Assembly (NCBI GenBank): GCA_963833985.1
Contig: CAWIAD010000002.1
Coordinates: 2,848,001 to 2,912,000, forward strand
Direction: 5' to 3'
DNA length: 64,000 nt
Source: an uncultured Planctomycetaceae bacterium
GTDB lineage: Bacteria > Planctomycetota > Planctomycetia > Isosphaerales > Isosphaeraceae
Below, piece after piece: positions 36,336 to 46,851 of this stretch. Position 1 is the first letter of the stretch; the number at the start of each line of letters is the position of its first letter. The notes below the pieces were generated by a model. It ran no database searches. It was not told the DNA's origin and saw only the letters and a list, made by a program, of their open reading frames with translations. Made by a program: the position numbers and the translations under genes.

Positions 36336-37364
36336 TCAACGCGGCGAATCAGCGGGCCAGCCGTGGCTCGCGCCCGCTGCCGGCCCCTGCGTTCTTTTTC
36401 GGAGCAGCAGGGCGAACGGCCAGGTGATCGGCCGCAGCAGGAGGCGCACCGGCAGGCCCACGATCACCAGCAATGCTCCGATGGCGACCAGGCTCGCCAG
36501 TGCCATGCCGCAGTAGCGGAACAGCGGCCGGTCCAGGCCGTGCGCGGCGAGAGCCTGGCCGACGGAGGATTCCAGGCCATCCGCGGCACCCTGGCCCACG
36601 GCCGCGGCCAGGGTGATTCCAGCCCTGGCGAACTCCCGCACGGCGTACTGCGTCGCCTGCCCGGCGTAATCGACAAACCGGTCGGGATCGATCAGGAACG
36701 CGGCCAGGACCCCGGCGGCCGCCAGCTTCTTCTTGTGAGGAAGTACCTGATGCACGAAAAACGCCCAGCCGCCCTTGCCCGTCTTGCGCAGCACGTTGAC
36801 GCTTTCGGGACCTTCCTTGACAATTGTCTCGGCCACGTCGTCCCCAAAGGCGCGGACGGCCGAGAGCCCTTCCGGACCAAGCCGGCGCACCATGGTCTCG
36901 GCCTGCTCGGGGTAGCGTTCGGCCAGGCGGCGGGCGGCCTCTCCCATCTCGACCACCAGCCGCTTCTCCGCCGGCTCCAGTGCGCCGAAGGCCCGCAAGG
37001 CCTGGGGATCGTGCTCCAGGAGCCGCGACATCCGGCCCTCGAGCAGAGCCTCGGTGGAATGGTCGATGCGCCGGCCGGCGTGCGCCAGCTCATCAGACCG
37101 CTTGACAAGCTGCTCCAGGCCCTCCTCGGCGTCATGCGAGGCGAACAAGCGCTCCGCCGCGCGCAGTTCGGTACGGCCGCCCTCGCCGCGCCGCAGCAGC
37201 GATCGGCCACCCGCGCGGGCTTCGGCGATCACCTCGCGGACGACGTCATCCAACCACGAGAGCTTTCCCGCCCGCGCCGGTGCGGCTGGCCCGAGCAGGA
37301 CCGTCAACGTGAGCAGCATCCCCACTGTTCCGCGCGTCGCGACATGAGCCGTCATGGGTCTCAT
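36336..37364 (-). CDS. Hypothetical exported/membrane protein with ~11-aa helical repeats
   Basis: Signal peptide (PARA-G), RRLGPEGLSAV-RAFGDDVAETI-VKEGPESVNVL-RKTGKGG repeats, C-terminal hydrophobic helices; ATGA overlap with the upstream gene. Confidence 0.7.
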   Translation of the reverse strand: MRPMTAHVATRGTVGMLLTLTVLLGPAAPARAGKLSWLDDVVREVIAEARAGGRSLLRRGEGGRTELRAAERLFASHDAEEGLEQLVKRSDELAHAGRRIDHSTEALLEGRMSRLLEHDPQALRAFGALEPAEKRLVVEMGEAARRLAERYPEQAETMVRRLGPEGLSAVRAFGDDVAETIVKEGPESVNVLRKTGKGGWAFFVHQVLPHKKKLAAAGVLAAFLIDPDRFVDYAGQATQYAVREFARAGITLAAAVGQGAADGLESSVGQALAAHGLDRPLFRYCGMALASLVAIGALLVIVGLPVRLLLRPITWPFALLLRKRTQGPAAGASHGWPADSPR

Positions 37365-39475
37365 TCCTTCAAGGCGTCTCGCCCGAGCTCGATACTTGCA
37401 GCCTTGCTACGTCTGGTCCCCGCCCATCGTTCATTTCCCGGCCTCGCCGCTGGAGAGATGTGCGGCCGGGGTTCCGTCCCGTCAGGAGCGCTTCGGCCTC
37501 GCGCGGCCAGGTGCTCTTCCATCTTCTGAAAGCCAACGACGCCCACGGACGCTTGCACCAGCTGGGCGGCGACATATTTCAACCCGCGATCGGCAGGAAT
37601 CTGGAACGGGACCGCCATCCCGGCACGCAGGAGCTGGACTGGCCGCCACGAGCTGAGCCGGATGCCGGCCCTGGTGCAAAGCGGCCGGGCCAGCGCGACC
37701 ACCTGGTCAAGGCTCATGCGCGGCAACGCCTCGGGCAGCCGCTCGAACAGGGAAAAGAGGCCGCCGGCCGACCGGACAGCCGACCACCGCGCCTTGCGCT
37801 GGGCAGCCAGGTCCGCCGCGGCGACGGTCCCCGCGCCGGCAACAGCACGGGCGGCCCGGCCGCCTCCGACGTCCTTGCCCAGCGCTTCTCCAGCGGCCCC
37901 GGCCAGCTCGCGGCCGGCCGACCGGGCGCCTGCACGCGCCGCGGCCTTCACCTCGGACCGGACCACCTCGGCCACCGCGGCGCCCTCCGGCTGCACGGCG
38001 GCAAGGCTGAGCACGTCGGCAATCACGAAGCAGCCGTCCACCACGGCCCAGGTCATCTCGCCCGAGGTCGGCGCATGGCCGCGAGTCAGGACCTTGCCCA
38101 GATGCGCCACGTCGTAGAGCGGCAGGAACTGGTAGAAGCGGAGCTCGCTCTGGTTCAGGTCGGCCGCCCGCTCCAGTCCGTCCCGCCGGATGGTCCGGAT
38201 CACGGCCTGTCCGTTCTCGCCGGCAGCCAGCAGCGCCAGCTTGGCCAGCGATTCGCCCACCGACCGCTGGCTCCTGGCCTGGAGCGCGACCAGCGCTTCC
38301 GGGCTGCTGTCGGCCTGGGCGATTGCGGGGATGATGGCGCCGCCGTGCTTTCGCAAGATCTCGCGGAAATCCGCGTCAGCCGCGTACTTGTCCAGGATGT
38401 AGAGTGCCATCGAGCCATGCTCGCCCAGCGCGGCTGCGGCCTGGTGCCGCAGTGTCGGGTCCGCGAAGTCTCCGAAAACCACGTCGGCCGCGTCCGGGCC
38501 GGCCAGGGCCAGGGCGCGTTCGCCCGGCTCCCCGAACTCGATGGCCAGCCTGAGGGCCTGCGAACCGCCGCCCACCGCCTGCACCAGGCCGCGGGAAGCC
38601 AGGTGGGCCAGGTGTCCGGCCAGCGTTTCGGGCTGGTGCGTCTGGAGGTACTCGTCCACGTAGTCGGCATTGACACGCAGCACGATCAGGCATTGATCCA
38701 GCGGCAGGGCAGGGCCGACTGCCTCCAGCACCGGTCCGTACAGGCAGACCAGCGCGAACCCTTCCAGACCCTGCCCGCGGAACGCCTCGAACGCCAGGGC
38801 GCGATGGTTCTCGAACGCCCGCAGCCCGACGCGCAGGTCGGAGGCACCCTTGTCCAGGCTGATCATGCTCAGGATCAAAAGCGCGTCGGCCGTCTCCTTC
38901 GGGTCGTCCTTCAGCCCTTCCAGCAGGCCGGTCACGCCGGAGGGATCCGCCAGCAAGAGCGGCAGGGCGCCGGGATAGCGGGACGCCAGCTTGCGCTGGA
39001 GCGGGCTCAGCCGCGCCAGCTCATCCACCAGGATGTCGCGGTCGGTGTCGTCGCTCCGCTTCAGCCCGAAATACTCGCGCCAGTGCAGCAGCAAGTCCGC
39101 GGCCGCGTCGTCGGAGAGGACCTGCCGCAGGCGATGGAACTGCCTGGGGTACTTCTCGTACATGAAGACGGCTTCCAGATCAAGCTGGTCGAGCAGCTTG
39201 AGGCCGGCGAGGCCGTCGGTCCTGTCGATCGCCACGGCCGTCTGGCGAAAACGCTCGGCCACCCGGGCCACCAGCTCCCGTTCCGGACCGGGACGGTTCG
39301 CGTACCGCTGCTCGAGCTCCCGCCGCAGCTCCGCCGCCGGGACAGCGCCCGGCTCATCGCTCAGCGACGGCCGGCCCGGGGGCGGCTGGGTCCCGGACCC
39401 GTGCGGCTTGAGTGCAAGCTTGCAGAGCACTCCGAGTGCCGCGAGCAGCAGAACGACGGCAAAGGTTCTCTTCAT
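37361..39475 (-). CDS. Hypothetical membrane-anchored all-helical protein (~704 aa)
   Basis: N-terminal TM MKRTFAVVLLLAALGVL; Leu/Ala-rich helices; hydrophobic WAVVDGCFVIADVLSLAA followed by a Gly/Ala-rich segment. Confidence 0.7.
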   Translation of the reverse strand: MKRTFAVVLLLAALGVLCKLALKPHGSGTQPPPGRPSLSDEPGAVPAAELRRELEQRYANRPGPERELVARVAERFRQTAVAIDRTDGLAGLKLLDQLDLEAVFMYEKYPRQFHRLRQVLSDDAAADLLLHWREYFGLKRSDDTDRDILVDELARLSPLQRKLASRYPGALPLLLADPSGVTGLLEGLKDDPKETADALLILSMISLDKGASDLRVGLRAFENHRALAFEAFRGQGLEGFALVCLYGPVLEAVGPALPLDQCLIVLRVNADYVDEYLQTHQPETLAGHLAHLASRGLVQAVGGGSQALRLAIEFGEPGERALALAGPDAADVVFGDFADPTLRHQAAAALGEHGSMALYILDKYAADADFREILRKHGGAIIPAIAQADSSPEALVALQARSQRSVGESLAKLALLAAGENGQAVIRTIRRDGLERAADLNQSELRFYQFLPLYDVAHLGKVLTRGHAPTSGEMTWAVVDGCFVIADVLSLAAVQPEGAAVAEVVRSEVKAAARAGARSAGRELAGAAGEALGKDVGGGRAARAVAGAGTVAAADLAAQRKARWSAVRSAGGLFSLFERLPEALPRMSLDQVVALARPLCTRAGIRLSSWRPVQLLRAGMAVPFQIPADRGLKYVAAQLVQASVGVVGFQKMEEHLAARGRSAPDGTEPRPHISPAARPGNERWAGTRRSKAASIELGRDALKE

Positions 39476-39542
39476 CAGGATCGCACCGCGGGAGACCTGG
39501 GAAACGGCAGAGTGAGCATCGGTTAACGACTTCCCCCGCGGA

Positions 39543-39571
39543 ATTGTCCATGACACTTGCCGGAAGGTCAA
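39543..39571 (-). promoter_or_regulatory. Candidate sigma-70 promoter for the three-gene GTPase operon
   Basis: Minus strand TTGACC-N17-GACAAT, about 70 bp upstream of ATG 39475. Confidence 0.55.
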
Positions 39572-39815
39572 TTCGGACCGGGCACATCCTGCGGAAAAGA
39601 CTCCGGGTGGCGCCTGCCGTCGCGGTTCGGCCCGTCTTCTCGACATCCGTATAAGCCGGTTCGCTGCGACCTTCCGGATATTCCGGATTCCCGGGCCCGC
39701 CCCGGGGCTCCGGCATGGGCTCCGGCTACCCGGCGACCCGCCCGGACGATTAGAATATCGCCGCCCGTGAGGACGGCAGAGCAGGGGGAGCCTGGCGCTG
39801 ACGACAGGAGCTGGA

Positions 39816-41340
39816 ATGGCATCCATGACGAGTTCCAATGTTGAACCGCTCGGCAAGGTCCGCACCAAGATCGTGGCGACGCTGGGGCCGGCGTCGCGCA
39901 CGCCGGAAGTGATCCGCAAGATGGTCGAGGCCGGAGTGGACGTGTTCCGGCTGAATTTTTCGCATGGAACGCACGAGGAGCATTCGGCCACGGTTGCGAC
40001 CATCCGTCAACTCACCCACGAAACCGGGCGCCATCTCTCCATCCTCCAGGACCTCTGCGGTCCCAAGATCCGCCTCGGAGACATCCCCGGGGATGTCGTC
40101 GAGTGCGATTACGGGGCCGAGTTCCGGCTCGTCACCGAACCGAAATCCCATGATGACCCCCACGAGCTGAGTTGCAGCTACAAATCGCTCACCGAGGACC
40201 TCGAGGTCGGCCAGAGCGTGCTCTTCGCCGATGGCACCGTCGCCATGGAAGTGACCGACCGCGGCCCCGGCTGTGCCTGGCTCAAGGTGACTCTGCCGGG
40301 CCGCATCCGCTCGCACCAGGGCATCAACGTGCCGAGTGCGGCCCTGAGCGTCTCTGCCCTCACGGAGAAGGACCTGGAAGATCTGAACTGGACGGCGAAA
40401 CACGCGGTGGCCTACGTCGGGCTCTCGTTCGTCCGCAGGGTCGAGGACGTGATGCGGCTGCGCGAGGAGCTGCGGAAGCGGGGCAGCCGGGCGCGGATCG
40501 TCGCCAAGATCGAGAAGCCGCAGGCCGTGGCCAACCTGGAAAGCATTGTCGCCGAGGCCGACGCCGTCATGGTGGCACGCGGCGACCTGGGGGTGGAGAT
40601 CGACGTCTCCAAGGTTCCCGGCGTCCAGAAGCAGATCATTGCCGTTTGCCACAATGCGCAGGATTCCGGTGATCACGGCCACCCAGATGCTCAATAGCAT
40701 GGAGTCGTCAAGCCGGCCCACCAGGGCGGAAGCCAGCGACGTCTTCAACGCCGTGCTCGACGGCAGCGACGCCGTGATGCTCTCGGGAGAGACGGCCATT
40801 GGCCAGTATCCCATCGAGGCGGTCTCCATGATGAGCGAGATCGCGCTGGCGGCGGAAAACCTCATGTTCTCGGAGTTCCGCCACCACGCTCCCTGGACCT
40901 GGTCGGTCGAGAACTGGCCGGGCGTGAACGGGCACGGAACCCAGCACCCCGCGCCGGTGGCCCGGGCCGGCCAGGTTCTGCCCGTGACCGACGCGATTGT
41001 CGAGGCGGCCAGCGCGGTCTGCCGGCGGCTCAACGCCGCGCTCCTGGTAGTGGCGACGCACTCCGGCCGTACGGCCCTGGCCGCCTCCAAGCAGCGCCAC
41101 GCCACGCCCACCCTGGCATTGACCGACGACGTCGAGATCGCACGAGCCATGGGGCTGTACTGGGGGGTGACCGCCCTGCACATTCCGGAGCTGTTCGAGA
41201 CCGGGCAGGTGCTCTCCTGGGCCGACGAATGGTGCCGGGCCAACGACCTGATCGACTCGGGCGACCGGGTGGTCATCGTGCGCGGCGTCATCCCCAACAA
41301 TCCCAACCACAACGCCCTGCTGGTGCACGAAGTGGAATGA
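39816..41340 (+). CDS. pyk: Pyruvate kinase; frameshift near 40658
   Basis: RTKIVATLGPAS, RLNFSHG, DLCGPKIR, AKIEK, MVARGDLG; shifted frame continues IPVITATQML..PTRAEASDV..MLSGETA. Confidence 0.94.
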
Positions 41341-41371
41341 CAGCCTTCAACCGAGGGAGCGGAAGAATTCG

Positions 41372-43099
41372 GTGAGCCATTGCCCGGATCCCTGCCGAGG
41401 ACTCTTGCCGCTGGCCGCAATCGCCGTTGCCTGGATCGGCACCGGTGCCGTCGCCGCGCCGCTGGGTCCAGGCCCGGTCGAGGCCAACCGCGTTCTCGAG
41501 ATCTCCTTCACGTCCGGGCGCCCGTCCCTGGACCCGGACGCGGCCGATGCGATCGAGCTCGATGTCCGCTTCACGCCGCCCTCCGGCAAGGCGGTCCGGC
41601 TGCCAGCCTTCTGGGCCGGCGGCAAGACCTGGCGCGTCCGCTACGCGTCGCCCGAGCCGGGCGTTCATTCCTACGTGACAAGCTGCTCGAAACACGATGA
41701 GCCCGGCCTCGACGGCGTCCGCGGCAGCGTCGAGGTGGTGCCCTACCGTGGGGAGAACCCGCTCTACCGGCACGGCCCGGTTCGCGTCGCGACGGATAGA
41801 CGCCATTTCGCCCATGCCGACGGCACGCCCTTCTTCTGGCTGGGCGACACCTGGTGGATGGGACTTTGCCAGCGGCTCCAGTGGCCCGACGAGTTCCGCA
41901 CCCTGGCCCGCGACCGGCAGGCCAAGGGGTTCACGGTCATCCAGATCGTCGCCGGGCTCTACCCGGACATGCCGGCCTTCGATCCGCGGGGTCGCAACGA
42001 GGCCGGCTTTCCCTGGACTGTAAATTACGGGCACATTCGCCCCGAGTACTTCGACCAGGCCGACCAGCGGCTCTTCGACCTGGCCGATCGCGGGCTGGTC
42101 CCGTGCATCGTGATGGCCTGGGGATATCACCTTCCCTGGATGGGCGCGGAAAAGGTCAAGAAACATGTGCGGTACGTGCTGGCTCGCTATGGTGCGCTGC
42201 CGGTGGTATGGTGCCTGGCCGGCGAGGTCAACCTGCCGTACTACATGGCGCAGGGCTTCCCACGCGGGGGAGAACCGCAGACCAAGGACTGGGAGGCCGT
42301 ACTGCGCTACGCGCGCGGTGTGAACGGGCTCGATCGGCCCTGGACCGTGCACCCCACCGGCATCGAGCCGCTGAGCGGCCGCCTGCTCTTGCAGGATCCC
42401 GCCCTCCTCGACTTTGACATGCTCCAGACCGGCCACGGCCTGCGCGAGGTTTTGCCGCCCACGATCCGCGCCCTGCACGCCTCTTACGCCGCGAAGCCCA
42501 CCATGCCCGTCGTCAATGCCGAGGTGTGCTACGAGGCGCTCTCGGGCCGGATCCCCGCCGAGATTCCTCGGCTCATGTTCTGGACGTGCATGCTCTCCGG
42601 CGCCGGCGGTCATACCTACGGTGCCAACGGCATCTGGCAGTTGAACCGCCGCGATCAGCCTTATGGCAAGTCGCCCCACGGCGGTACCTACGGACCGATC
42701 CCCTGGGACGACGCCATGCGCCTGCCGGGTTCGCGGCAGCTTGGCCAGGCGAAGGCCCTGCTCGAGCAATATCCCTGGTACCGCCTCGAGCCTCATCCGG
42801 AGTGGGCCGCGTGGACGCTGACGGGGACCCATGACGCCACCGGAACCGGTTTCGAGGTCCCCTACGCCGCCGGCATTCCCGGATCGTTGCGGATCATCTA
42901 CGCCCCGCTTCCCCGCCCTGTGCAGATCAGGCACCTGGAGGCAGGGCGTACTTTTCATGCCTTCTGCCATGATCCGGTGACCGCCCGCCGGACCGACCTG
43001 GGGATGGTTCGTCCCGCGGCGGATGCTTCCTGGACGGCCAGTCCCCCGCAGGGTACGGCCACCGACTGGGTGCTCATTCTGGAGCCAGAGCAGCACTGA
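41372..43099 (+). CDS. DUF5060 + DUF4038 (apiosidase/GH140-like) secreted glycoside hydrolase
   Basis: PAFWAGGKTWRVRY, DGTPFFWLGDTWW, KGFTVIQ, WCLAGE, QTGHG, PVVNAEVCYE, GHTYGANGIW, DWVLIL. Confidence 0.8.
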   Translation: MSHCPDPCRGLLPLAAIAVAWIGTGAVAAPLGPGPVEANRVLEISFTSGRPSLDPDAADAIELDVRFTPPSGKAVRLPAFWAGGKTWRVRYASPEPGVHSYVTSCSKHDEPGLDGVRGSVEVVPYRGENPLYRHGPVRVATDRRHFAHADGTPFFWLGDTWWMGLCQRLQWPDEFRTLARDRQAKGFTVIQIVAGLYPDMPAFDPRGRNEAGFPWTVNYGHIRPEYFDQADQRLFDLADRGLVPCIVMAWGYHLPWMGAEKVKKHVRYVLARYGALPVVWCLAGEVNLPYYMAQGFPRGGEPQTKDWEAVLRYARGVNGLDRPWTVHPTGIEPLSGRLLLQDPALLDFDMLQTGHGLREVLPPTIRALHASYAAKPTMPVVNAEVCYEALSGRIPAEIPRLMFWTCMLSGAGGHTYGANGIWQLNRRDQPYGKSPHGGTYGPIPWDDAMRLPGSRQLGQAKALLEQYPWYRLEPHPEWAAWTLTGTHDATGTGFEVPYAAGIPGSLRIIYAPLPRPVQIRHLEAGRTFHAFCHDPVTARRTDLGMVRPAADASWTASPPQGTATDWVLILEPEQH

Positions 43100-43526
43100 G
43101 AATCGCCCAGGGAAGGTCAAGACCGCCGGCAGTCGCCGGTCCATGGGACCATTCTCAGGAACGCGTGGCCGAGAGCTGGAAAACCGCGAACCGGACACGC
43201 CCCCGCGCAGCCGGCTGACCCCCGCGCAGTCGCCCACCCGAGGCGACACGCCGTGGGCGCTCGGGGGCCAGTTCCGCGCGGGCGGGCCAGTCAGGCATGC
43301 GACGGCATGCCGGGTTCGCCAGGGCGCGCGGGGAATGCGTGTTCTCCGGATCAACGCTACAGTGCACCGCGATCTTTACGGGTCCCGGGATGACGGGGCT
43401 CTTTCTTTCTCATTGCCGTCGCGTTCTATTACAACAAGCATGTTGGGCACGCACGCTGGCTCGGGCTGGATCTTGGCGGGAGAGTCGCGTCTGAGCCGAT
43501 CGGGCGGAGGCTTTGGGGGAGCAGCG

Positions 43527-45931
43527 ATGAGACGGCTTCTGGTGCAGGGCAAGACGCGGGACAGCCGGCTGGGCGTGGCATGGTACGGGCTTCTGGTCGC
43601 TGGGTCTCTGTGGGGTTCCTCATGGGCTGGGGCCGCCGCCCCGGTCGCCGACAAGGTGAGGCCGGTCGTCCCGATCCAGGCGATCCCCTTCAACCTGGAA
43701 GACGTCCGGCTGCTGCCGGGTCCGTTCCGGCATGCCATGGAGCTCGATCAGAAATACATCCTCGCGCTCGACGTCGACCGGCTGCTTCATAGCTTCCGGC
43801 TCAACGCGGGGCTGCCCTCGACCGCGCGGCCGCTGGGCGGGTGGGAAGCGCCCAAGGGCGAACTGCGCGGGCATTTCACTGGGCATTACCTCTCGGCCTG
43901 CGCTCATGTATGCCAGCACCGGGGACGACCGCTTCAAGGCCAGGGGAGACCAGCTTGTCGCCGGACTGGCGGAATGCCAGCGGAAGATCGGCTCGGGATA
44001 CCTGAGTGCTTTTCCCGAGACGTTCATCGATCGTGTCGAGAATCGCAAGCCGGTCTGGGCGCCCTGGTACACCTTGCACAAGATCCTGGCTGGCCTGCTC
44101 GATATGAACGAGCACTGTGGCAACGCCCAGGCGCTGGAGGCGGCCTGCAAGTTCGCCGACTGGGTCAAGGTCCGCACCGACCGGCTCAGTGATGACCGCA
44201 TGCAGGCGATGCTGGGCACCGAGCACGGCGGCATGAACGAGGCCCTGGCGAACCTCTACGCGCGGACCGGCGAGGAGCGGTACCTGAAGCTGGCCGAGCG
44301 CTTCAACCACCTGGCAGTGCTGCGCCCGGCGGCGCAGGGCCGCGACACGCTCACCGGGCTGCACGCCAATACTCAGATCCCCAAGTTCATCGGCACGGCC
44401 CGCGAGTACGAGCTGACGGGCGAGGACTGGCTCAGATCCGCCTCGCGGTTCTTCTGGGACACCGTGGTTCACGAGCGCTCCTACGTGATCGGCGGTCACA
44501 GCGACGGCGAGATGTTCTCGCCCAAGGAGCGGCTCTCCAAGGCGCTCGGCCCGAACACGACGGAGACCTGCAATACCTACAACATGCTCAAGCTGACGCG
44601 GCACCTGTTCACCTGGGACCCGCGCGCCGAGTATGCCGATTACGAGGAACGCGCGCTGGTCAACCACATCCTGGCGTCGCAGAATCCCGAGACCGGCATG
44701 ATGTGCTACTACCTGCCCCTGCGCTCGGGCTCCCGGAAGGTCTTCAACGGCTTCGATGACGCCTTCTGGTGCTGCACCGGGACCGGCGTGGAGAACCACG
44801 GCCGGTATGGGGAAAGCGTCTATTTTCACGACGCCGGCAGGACACTCTATGTGAACCTGTTCCTGGCCTCCGAGGCTCGACTGGAAAGCCCGAGGGGTGA
44901 AGCTCCGCCAGGAGACGCAGTTTCCCCGCGAACAGGCGACGCGGCTGGTCGTCACGTGCCAGCAGCCGACGGAGTTCACGCTCAAGCTGCGCCATCCGGC
45001 GTGGGCCGCGTCGAGGTCCGGCTCGGGCTCGGGGTCCGGCCCGGGGTTCACGATCACACTCAACGGCGAGTCCCTGAGCGAGGAGAGCAAGCCGGGGAGT
45101 TACGCGGAAATCAAGAGGCTCTGGAAGACCGGCGACGTGGTCGAGGTTGCGTTCCCGTTTCGCCTCCACACCGAAGGGTTCCACGACAACCCGAACCGCC
45201 TGGCGTTCCTGCACGGCCCGGTGGTCCTCTGCGGCGCGGTGGATCCGGCTTCGCCCGTGCCGGTCATCGTCGCCGATCCCGGGAAACTGCTCGGGGCGGT
45301 CGAGGCTGTGGCGGGCCAGGACTCCACATTCACCGCGTTGCCCGAGCTCTTCCAGACGCCAGGGACCGCACATGCCAGCCGCGCGGTGACGCTCGAGCCT
45401 CTCTATGCAATGCACGGCCAGCGGCATTACGCGGTCTACTGGGACCTGCTCACGCCGGCGGAGTGGCAAGCCTGGCAGGCCGAGGCGGCCGCCGAGCAGG
45501 CACGCCATGAAGACCTGGTGCGCCAGACTGTCGATTTTGTGGATCCCGCCCAGAGCGAGAGCGAGCGGGACCACCGCCTGGAGTCGGAAAAGTCCGCCCG
45601 CGGGACCTTCAACGACCGGGGCTGGAGGCACGCGGTCGACGGCGGCTGGTTTCGCTATGAGGTGAAGGTATCGCCGGGCCAGAAGGAACTGCTCGTGGTG
45701 ACCTACTGGAGCGGCGAATCCGGCGGGCGCGCCTTCGACGTGGTGGTGGACGGGCGGAAACTGGCCAGCGAAACGTCCGAGAGCAACCGGCCCGGCATGT
45801 TCTACGATCAGTCCTACCCTCTTCCACCGGAGCTCACGAAGGGGAAGAATCATGTGATGGTGACGTTCCAGGCGCGGTTTCGCCGGATGGCTGGCCGCGT
45901 CTTCGGCGTGCGTGTGGTGCGCGTGCCGTGA
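43527..45931 (+). CDS. Beta-L-arabinofuranosidase-like glycoside hydrolase (GH127/GH146 type); frameshifts near 43900 and 44875
   Basis: GGWE..LRGHFTGHYLSA, WAPWYTLHK, EHGGMNE, HANTQIPK, ETCNTYNMLKL, FWCCTGTG; three consecutive frames rejoin as SACALMYAS and LASELDWKARG. Confidence 0.87.
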
Positions 45932-45980
45932 CCGCGGGCGCAGCGGTCCGGATCCGATTCGACCTTGCGAGGACTCATCC

Positions 45981-46841
45981 ATGAACGCCAGGGTGCTCAG
46001 CGGACTCTTGCTCTTGCTTCTGTTCGCCCCCGCGCGGGACGCGCGCTGCGACGAGTGGAAGCTCGTCTGGAGCGACGAGTTCAACGGCTCCGGGTTGCCC
46101 GATGCGACGAAGTGGACTTATGAAACCGGGTTGATCCGGAACCACGAGCGGCAGTACTACACCCGCACCCGCACCGAGAACGCCCGGATCGAGGACGGCA
46201 AGCTTGTGATCGAAGCCCGTCACGAGAAATGGGGCGAGCCCAGCGCCTCGGCCGCGAAGGCCAAGGGTGCCGCGCGCAATCGCCGTGCCGGCGGCTCCGC
46301 GGAATTCACCTCGGCCAGCCTGACGACCCAGGGGAAGGCCTCCTGGACTTACGGCCGCATCGAGGTGCGCGCCCAGGTTCCCTCGGCGCGCGGCACCTGG
46401 CCGGCGATCTGGACCCTGGGCAGCAACATCCACGAGGTCGGCTGGCCCGCCTGCGGCGAGATCGACATCATGGAGTTCGTGGGCTACGAACCGGGCGTCA
46501 TTCATGCCAATGTCCACACGAAGAAATACAACCATGTCGCCCACACCGGCAAGGGCGATCAGCTCTCGGTCCCCGACGCCTCGCGGGCGTTCCACGTTTA
46601 TGCCGTGGAGTGGGATTCCAAGCAGATGGACTTCTTCGTGGATGATCACAAGTACTTCACGTTCCGCAATGAAGGATCAGGCCCGGACGCCTGGCCATAC
46701 GACAAGCCGCAGTACCTGATCCTCAACCTGGCCATCGGCGGCGACTGGGGCGGGCAGAAGGGCGTCGATGAGAGCAGCTTCCCGCAGGAGTTCCTCATCG
46801 ATTACGTGCGCGTGTATCAGAAGCAGGCCGCCACCAGGTAG
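45981..46841 (+). CDS. GH16 beta-glucanase/laminarinase-like enzyme
   Basis: Signal peptide, [22 protein letters not shown], catalytic [22 protein letters not shown]. Confidence 0.92.
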   Translation: MNARVLSGLLLLLLFAPARDARCDEWKLVWSDEFNGSGLPDATKWTYETGLIRNHERQYYTRTRTENARIEDGKLVIEARHEKWGEPSASAAKAKGAARNRRAGGSAEFTSASLTTQGKASWTYGRIEVRAQVPSARGTWPAIWTLGSNIHEVGWPACGEIDIMEFVGYEPGVIHANVHTKKYNHVAHTGKGDQLSVPDASRAFHVYAVEWDSKQMDFFVDDHKYFTFRNEGSGPDAWPYDKPQYLILNLAIGGDWGGQKGVDESSFPQEFLIDYVRVYQKQAATR

Positions 46842-46851
46842 GAGCGCGCGC

